Shown one piece after another: positions 35,014 through 40,010 of a stretch of DNA of 40,010 nt. The position numbers and the translations under genes are program-made. How positions within the stretch are numbered: position 1 is the first letter of the stretch; each line of letters begins with the position of its first letter. Below the pieces are notes generated by a model that did no database searches, was not told the DNA's origin, and saw only the letters and a program-made list of their open reading frames with translations. Source of the DNA: Thermoplasmatota archaeon (GTDB taxonomy: Archaea > Thermoplasmatota > Penumbrarchaeia > Penumbrarchaeales > Penumbrarchaeaceae). The stretch lies in NCBI GenBank assembly GCA_049472195.1, contig JBLIRG010000026.1, forward strand, positions 1 to 40,010, in the 5' to 3' direction.

Positions 35014-36858
35014 ATGAAGCATACCCTACTGGTCTGCCAGGGAACCGGATGCATGTCATCAAGATCGCACAAGATCACCAAGGAGCTGCAATCGGTGATA
35101 GATTCCAGGGGGATGGGGGATGAAGTGGAGGTCAAACTTACGGGATGCCACGGTTTCTGCCAGCGGGGCCCCATCGTCGTCGTCGAACCCGAGGGCACCT
35201 TCTACTGCCACGTATCACCCGAGGATGCCGCGGAGATCATCGACAGTGACATAGTCGGGGGAAAACCGATCGAACGCCTGTTCTACGAGGATCCCGTATC
35301 CGGAAAGAAAATCCGGCATTACCGGGATATCGCGTTTTACAAGGAGCAGGAGAGGCTGATCCTCAGGAACTGCGGGCACATCAATCCGGAGAGCATTGAT
35401 GACTACATTTCCAAGGACGGGTACAAGGCCCTCGAAAGGGCCTTGAAGAAAATGTCCCGGCTCGATATAATCGAGGAGGTCAAGAATTCCGGTCTGAGGG
35501 GGAGGGGCGGTGCCGGTTTCTCCACCGGTATGAAGTGGAAGTTCGCATACGATGCCCCCGGTGATGAGAAATACATGATATGCAACGCTGATGAAGGGGA
35601 TCCCGGGGCCTTCATGGACAGATCCACGCTGGAGGCCGATCCCCACTCGGTCCTTGAGGGGATGATAATCGCCGGATATGCGATAGGGGCCCATCTCGGA
35701 TATATCTATGTCAGGAAGGAATATCCCCTGGCGATATTGAGGCTTCACATTGCCATCAGGCAGGCGAAGGAGCGGGGATTCCTCGGATCCGACATACTCG
35801 GATCGGGATTCGATTTCGACATCGAGATCATGGAGGGAGCGGGTGCATTCGTTTGCGGGGAGGAGACCGCCCTTATCGCCTCGATCATGGGAATGCGGGG
35901 CATGCCCCATCCGAGGCCGCCCTTTCCGGCGCAGAAGGGATTATGGGGGAAACCCACTAACATCAACAACGTCAAAACCCTAGCAACGGTCCCGGCCATA
36001 ATCCTCAACGGGGCCGAATGGTACAGCTCGATCGGAACCGAGAACACCAGGGGGACCGCCGTGTTCGCCCTCACGGGAAATATCAGGAACTCGGGACTGG
36101 TCGAGGTCCCGATGGGGACCTCTCTTCGGAAGATCATCGAGGATATCGGCGGGGGAATCCCGGACGGAAAGAAATTCAAGGCTGTTCAGACTGGAGGTCC
36201 GTCCGGAGGGTGCCTCCCGGAGGATTCGCTTGACAGGATCGTCGATTTCGAATCCCTGAAGGAAGCGGGGACAATAATGGGATCGGGCGGCATGATCGTC
36301 ATGGACGAGGGAACCTGCGTGGTGGATGTGGCACACTACTTCATCTCGTTCACCCAGGAGGAGTCCTGCGGCAAGTGCTCTCCGTGCAGGATCGGGACCA
36401 AGCAGATGCTGGACGTGCTCACCAGGATCAAGAACGGGAGGGGGACCGGGGAAGACCTCGACCAACTGGCATCCCTCGCATGGACGGTTCAGAACGGATC
36501 CCTCTGCGCCCTGGGCCAAACGGCCCCGAATCCCGTACTGACAACACTGCGATATTTCCGTGAGGAGTACGAGGAGCATATCAAAGAGGGGAAATGCAGA
36601 TCCCTCGTATGCAAGCCCCTGATCCAGTATGTCATCGACGAGGAGAAGTGCATCGGATGCGGGGCATGTCAGAGGAGATGCCCGGTGAAGGCCATTTCGG
36701 AAACGGATGCCCCCGTGACCGCAATTCCCGGCGGAAAGAACATGATCAGGTCCATCGATCCGTCGATATGCGTCCGGTGCGGCCTATGCATCGAGACCTG
36801 CCCCCCAAAGGTCAAGGCGATCTCCAAGATCTCTCCCGTCAGGGGAGGTGGTGCCTGA
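35014..36858 (+). CDS. NuoF/HydB-like flavoprotein subunit (N-terminal Trx-like [2Fe-2S], FMN/NAD(P)H-binding core with [4Fe-4S], C-terminal 2x[4Fe-4S] ferredoxin domain)
   Basis: LLVCQGTGCMSS...GCHGFCQRGP (2Fe-2S). GLRGRGGAGFSTGMKWKF (FMN/NADH). ESCGKCSPCRIG (N3 cluster). CIGCGACQRRCP and CVRCGLCIETCP. Start 3 nt after the NuoE-like stop. Confidence 0.85.
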   Translation: MKHTLLVCQGTGCMSSRSHKITKELQSVIDSRGMGDEVEVKLTGCHGFCQRGPIVVVEPEGTFYCHVSPEDAAEIIDSDIVGGKPIERLFYEDPVSGKKIRHYRDIAFYKEQERLILRNCGHINPESIDDYISKDGYKALERALKKMSRLDIIEEVKNSGLRGRGGAGFSTGMKWKFAYDAPGDEKYMICNADEGDPGAFMDRSTLEADPHSVLEGMIIAGYAIGAHLGYIYVRKEYPLAILRLHIAIRQAKERGFLGSDILGSGFDFDIEIMEGAGAFVCGEETALIASIMGMRGMPHPRPPFPAQKGLWGKPTNINNVKTLATVPAIILNGAEWYSSIGTENTRGTAVFALTGNIRNSGLVEVPMGTSLRKIIEDIGGGIPDGKKFKAVQTGGPSGGCLPEDSLDRIVDFESLKEAGTIMGSGGMIVMDEGTCVVDVAHYFISFTQEESCGKCSPCRIGTKQMLDVLTRIKNGRGTGEDLDQLASLAWTVQNGSLCALGQTAPNPVLTTLRYFREEYEEHIKEGKCRSLVCKPLIQYVIDEEKCIGCGACQRRCPVKAISETDAPVTAIPGGKNMIRSIDPSICVRCGLCIETCPPKVKAISKISPVRGGGA

Positions 36859-39203
36859 TGAAGATCACCATCGACGGGGTGGAAGCACCCTTCGAGAAAG
36901 GGCAGACCATACTGGACGCCGCGGTTGATGCCGGCATCTACATACCGACCCTTTGCGCCCACAAGGATCTTCCGGCGTTCGGTGCATGCAGACTCTGCGT
37001 CGTGAAGGTGGAGGGCATGAGGGGATTTCCCCCCGCCTGCTCGACCCCCGCAACAGACGGGATGGTCGTCCGAAACGACGATGATGAGGTCAGGGACCTC
37101 AGAAGGAATATACTTCGGCTCATCCTGATAGAACACCCCCATTCCTGCATAGTATGCAGCTCGAGGGCGGAATGCGAGGATACCCGGGGAGGGCCGGTCA
37201 AGGCAGGCAGGATCACCGGCTGCTCCATGTGCCCCAACAAGGAGATCTGCGAGATAAGGGAGGTTTCGCATTTCCTGGGAATCGCGGACATGGACATTCC
37301 GATGGAATACAAGAGCCTGGATGTAGAGAGGTTCGATCCCTTTTTCGACAGGGACTACAATCTCTGCATCCTGTGCGGAAGATGCGTTCGAATGTGCCAG
37401 CAGATCCAGGGGGTCGGCGCGATCGCTTTCACCAAGAGGAGCCACAACACCAAGGTGGGAACGATCTTCGGAAGGACGCATCTCGAAGGGGCCTGCAGGT
37501 TCTGCGGTGCCTGCATCGATGTCTGCCCCACGGGTGCACTGTCGCCCAAGGGAAGCAAATGGCACGGAAAGGCTGACTCATCGATCGAGTCCATATGCAC
37601 CTTCTGTTCCATGAACTGCGCCATGATATTCGAGGAGAAGTGGGGAAGGATCATGGCGGCGATCCCCGACCGCAGCAAACCCCAGAGCAGGGCTTACGCC
37701 TGCGTATACGGCAGGTTCTGCATACCGGCCTTCCTCAACGGACCGGAAAGACTTCATTACCCGCTCATAAGAAAGAGGGGCAGGCTGACTCCCGTTTCAT
37801 GGGATGAGGCTTTCCAGTTCATCGGGAACTCCCTGAAAAGGTTCGCGCCGGAGGATATCGGGTTCCTTGCCTCGCCTTATATCACGAATGAGAGCGCCTA
37901 TCTGATGAACAGGCTGGCCAGGGACGTGATCGGAACCCACAACATTGATATTCTTTCAAGGTTCGGAAGGGTGGTCCTCCAGTATCTCGCAGGAAAAGGC
38001 AGGATGCTGTCACGGTGGACCACTCTGGAGGATGTGGAACAGGCCGATTGGATCATGCTCGTGAGCAACGACATGGTGTTCACACATCCGGGAATGCCTG
38101 TTGCCATTCACAAGGCCAGGGAGAACGGTGCCAGCATCATTGTGGTTGACGACATGAAAAATGTCCTTGACGTCGAATCGGACATGCATGTCAGGATCGA
38201 GCCGGGATCGCTCAGAACCTTCCTTGCCGCCCTGACGAAACAACTTCTCAACAGCGTGAAGGAGACGGATTTCGAGGAGCTCGACTCGTTCATAGACTTC
38301 AGGAGATCACTGGACCGGTTGAAGATGATAGATGCCATAAGGCTCACGGGGGTGATGGAGAGGGAATATGAGACGATCCGGGATACCATGATGTCCTCGA
38401 AGAAGGGGGTGATCATGGTAGGGTCCAGGATAATGGAGGACCCGACCCCGACCCAGATCCTGGGCGAGGTCAATGATATCCTTACCATTCTGGGCAAGGA
38501 CAAGGGTTTCATACCCCTCCTGGAGGAGGGAAACGTCAGGGGAGTGGCAGATTCCGGGTGCCTTTACGGATACAGGCCTGGATACGCGAAGGACAGGACG
38601 GGCGGAAAGGATTATCTCAGGATGATCACGGGGATCAGGAGAGGCGACCTTCAGGCCCTGTTCATCAACGAGAGTTCGGTCCCTCCGGAGCAGCTGAGAG
38701 GGGCCAAGTTCATAGTGCTCTCGGAGATATATCCGTCCGATCTGGATGCCATGGCCGACGTGATCCTGCCGTCAGCGGCCTTCTCCGAGGAAAACGGTCA
38801 CTTCTCATCATTTGACGGCCGGCCCTGGGAGATCCGAAAAGCGGTCGATCCCCCCGGCATGGCCCTTCAGGAGTGGGAGATATTAAGCGGACTCGCGAAG
38901 AGCCTTGGGTCCGAGGAATTCAGTTATGAGTCGCCCGAGGACATAATGAAGGAGATGAGCGAGAGGATCGATTTTTTCTCGGGCAAGGAGCGGCCCCCGG
39001 TACCCGAAAGGAGGGAACTTCTTCCGGTTCTCGAGCCCGATTCCCTTCATCTCACGGAGCACACGCCGTATGTGGTCAGATACAGGGGCACTCCCATTCA
39101 TGACCGCGTGGAGGATCTCAGGGTCTACCTGGAGGAGAACGACAGGATCCCCAAGGAGGAGGAGCCGATCGAGGACGCCGAATTCACCAGGGGGGTGGAC
39201 TGA
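36858..39203 (+). CDS. NuoG/FdhA-like subunit: N-terminal [2Fe-2S], His-ligated [4Fe-4S], two [4Fe-4S], then molybdopterin-oxidoreductase-like domain lacking the catalytic Cys/Sec (non-catalytic)
   Basis: Start ATG 36858 overlaps the NuoF-like stop (CTGATG). The upstream part of the 36594 ORF is a frame overlapping NuoF. Cluster motifs CAHKDLPAFGACRLC...C, HPHSCIVCSSRAEC, CILCGRCVRMC, CRFCGACIDVCP, ICTFCSMNCAM...YAC. Where formate dehydrogenases have R-V-(U/C)-H-G the sequence reads SRFGRVVLQY (Val at the ligand position, about 37974-37976). Confidence 0.75.
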   Translation: MKITIDGVEAPFEKGQTILDAAVDAGIYIPTLCAHKDLPAFGACRLCVVKVEGMRGFPPACSTPATDGMVVRNDDDEVRDLRRNILRLILIEHPHSCIVCSSRAECEDTRGGPVKAGRITGCSMCPNKEICEIREVSHFLGIADMDIPMEYKSLDVERFDPFFDRDYNLCILCGRCVRMCQQIQGVGAIAFTKRSHNTKVGTIFGRTHLEGACRFCGACIDVCPTGALSPKGSKWHGKADSSIESICTFCSMNCAMIFEEKWGRIMAAIPDRSKPQSRAYACVYGRFCIPAFLNGPERLHYPLIRKRGRLTPVSWDEAFQFIGNSLKRFAPEDIGFLASPYITNESAYLMNRLARDVIGTHNIDILSRFGRVVLQYLAGKGRMLSRWTTLEDVEQADWIMLVSNDMVFTHPGMPVAIHKARENGASIIVVDDMKNVLDVESDMHVRIEPGSLRTFLAALTKQLLNSVKETDFEELDSFIDFRRSLDRLKMIDAIRLTGVMEREYETIRDTMMSSKKGVIMVGSRIMEDPTPTQILGEVNDILTILGKDKGFIPLLEEGNVRGVADSGCLYGYRPGYAKDRTGGKDYLRMITGIRRGDLQALFINESSVPPEQLRGAKFIVLSEIYPSDLDAMADVILPSAAFSEENGHFSSFDGRPWEIRKAVDPPGMALQEWEILSGLAKSLGSEEFSYESPEDIMKEMSERIDFFSGKERPPVPERRELLPVLEPDSLHLTEHTPYVVRYRGTPIHDRVEDLRVYLEENDRIPKEEEPIEDAEFTRGVD

Positions 39204-40010
39204 TGGTGCGCGAATACAAGATCATCGAGAAATACGAGGAGGTTCCAAACGTACACAAGTTCGTCATCAGGGATCCCAGCATAGCAAAGAAGGCGAGGGC
39301 CGGGCAGTTCGTACTGGTCATGGCGAACGAGAAAGGGGAGAGGATCCCCCTGACGCTGTCGGACTGGGACGAGAAGGATGGGACGATCACTCTTTATGTA
39401 CTGGAACTGGGAGTATCCACGATGGAGCTGATATCCCTACGTAAAGGGGATTCGCTCCACAGTCTTGCAGGTCCCCTGGGCCATCCTGCGAGGGTCGAGA
39501 AGTTCGGAAACGTTCTCCTGGGCGGAGGCTGCTTCGGCATCGGCGGGATCTACCCCATCGCCAAGGCGATGAAGAAGGCCGGAAACCATGTAACGGTCAT
39601 AATGGAGGCGAGGAGCAATTACCTCCTCTACAACCAGGAAAAACTCAGATCGACGGCCGACGATTTCCACATAACAACCTCCGACGGCTCGGCGGGTGTT
39701 AAAGGTCACGTGGAGAAGAAGATGCAGGAACTGATCGAGGAGGGAGGAAAATTCGATCACGCGTACTTCATGGGATGCACCTTCATGCTGATGCAGTGCT
39801 CCAAATCAACTCAGCCCCATAATATTCCCACCGGCGTTGCCCTTAACGCTATCATGCTGGATGGTACCGGGATGTGCGGGTGCTGTCGTGTCTCTCTCGG
39901 CGAGGAGACAAAGTTCGTATGTGTTGACGGTCCGGAGCTTGACGGCCATCTTGTTGACTGGGAGGAGCTCTTCATCAGGAAGCATATATACCGCGAGGAG
40001 GAAGCAGTTT
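39203..40010 (+). CDS. Second NfnA/SudB-like subunit (partial; runs off the window end)
   Basis: ATG 39203 overlaps the upstream TGA. MVREYKIIEKYEEVPNVHKFVIRDPSIAKKARAGQFVLVMANEKGERIPLTLSDWD... and ...DGTGMCGCCRVSLGEETKFVCVDGPELDGH, paralogous to 31056..31892. No stop within the window. Confidence 0.75.
   Translation, partial: MVREYKIIEKYEEVPNVHKFVIRDPSIAKKARAGQFVLVMANEKGERIPLTLSDWDEKDGTITLYVLELGVSTMELISLRKGDSLHSLAGPLGHPARVEKFGNVLLGGGCFGIGGIYPIAKAMKKAGNHVTVIMEARSNYLLYNQEKLRSTADDFHITTSDGSAGVKGHVEKKMQELIEEGGKFDHAYFMGCTFMLMQCSKSTQPHNIPTGVALNAIMLDGTGMCGCCRVSLGEETKFVCVDGPELDGHLVDWEELFIRKHIYREEEAV

Noticed and set aside
36594-36857. Upstream extension of the NuoG-like ORF (ORF-finder start 36594)
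   Set aside because: The extension is an alternative frame inside the NuoF-like C-terminal ferredoxin domain. The ATG at 36858, overlapping the NuoF-like stop, gives the canonical MKITIDG NuoG-like N-terminus.
36858-39203. Calling this gene a formate dehydrogenase catalytic subunit or an [FeFe]-hydrogenase
   Set aside because: The Mo-ligand position reads Val (RVVL), not Cys/Sec. No TSCCPxW, MPCxxK or ExMACxxGC H-cluster motifs are present.

Overview
This window looks like an archaeal chromosome segment of moderately high GC. The archaeal assignment rests on a group II chaperonin (thermosome), GatD, a diphthine-ammonia ligase-like protein, TATA-box promoters and very short or overlapping intergenic junctions. 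All calls are from reading the sequence by eye; no searches were run.

Five regions stand out:

- 1-10.7 kb: two tandem cation:proton antiporter paralogs, then four consecutive minus-strand membrane or surface proteins. One is a membrane-anchored regulator with two winged helix-turn-helix (wHTH) domains, two are Asp-rich Ca-binding (thrombospondin type-3-like, TSP3) repeat proteins, and one is a 1502-aa giant protein with FG-GAP repeats (beta-propeller motifs) and Ig-like domains. All have unusual charged cytoplasmic tails.
- 10.8-22 kb: housekeeping genes. These are GatD, an MgtE-like channel, the thermosome, an M29 aminopeptidase, a diphthine-ammonia ligase-like protein, an MtaD-like deaminase, a STAS protein and a DUF362 Fe-S protein, plus a low-GC secreted GH26-like hydrolase.
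- 22.1-26.35 kb: an AT-rich island bounded by two homologous roughly 330-nt modules, each a conserved upstream element followed by a tiny ORF. It also carries a third copy of the promoter motif, a wHTH-TPR regulator, a possible caspase-like protein and a small basic protein.
- 26.36-30.6 kb: a secreted cyclophilin with a sortase-type C-terminus, a 405-aa hypothetical protein and a flotillin/SPFH protein.
- 30.9-40.0 kb: a redox cluster. It holds NfnA-like and NfnB-like genes, then NuoE-, NuoF- and NuoG-like genes in which the molybdopterin domain has lost its catalytic Cys/Sec, then a second NfnA-like gene. A previously unrecognised 8-Cys zinc-ribbon domain is interleaved in three forms: a 42-aa fragment, an N-terminal fusion to NfnB, and a standalone protein.

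No rRNA, tRNA, CRISPR array or transposase was recognised.
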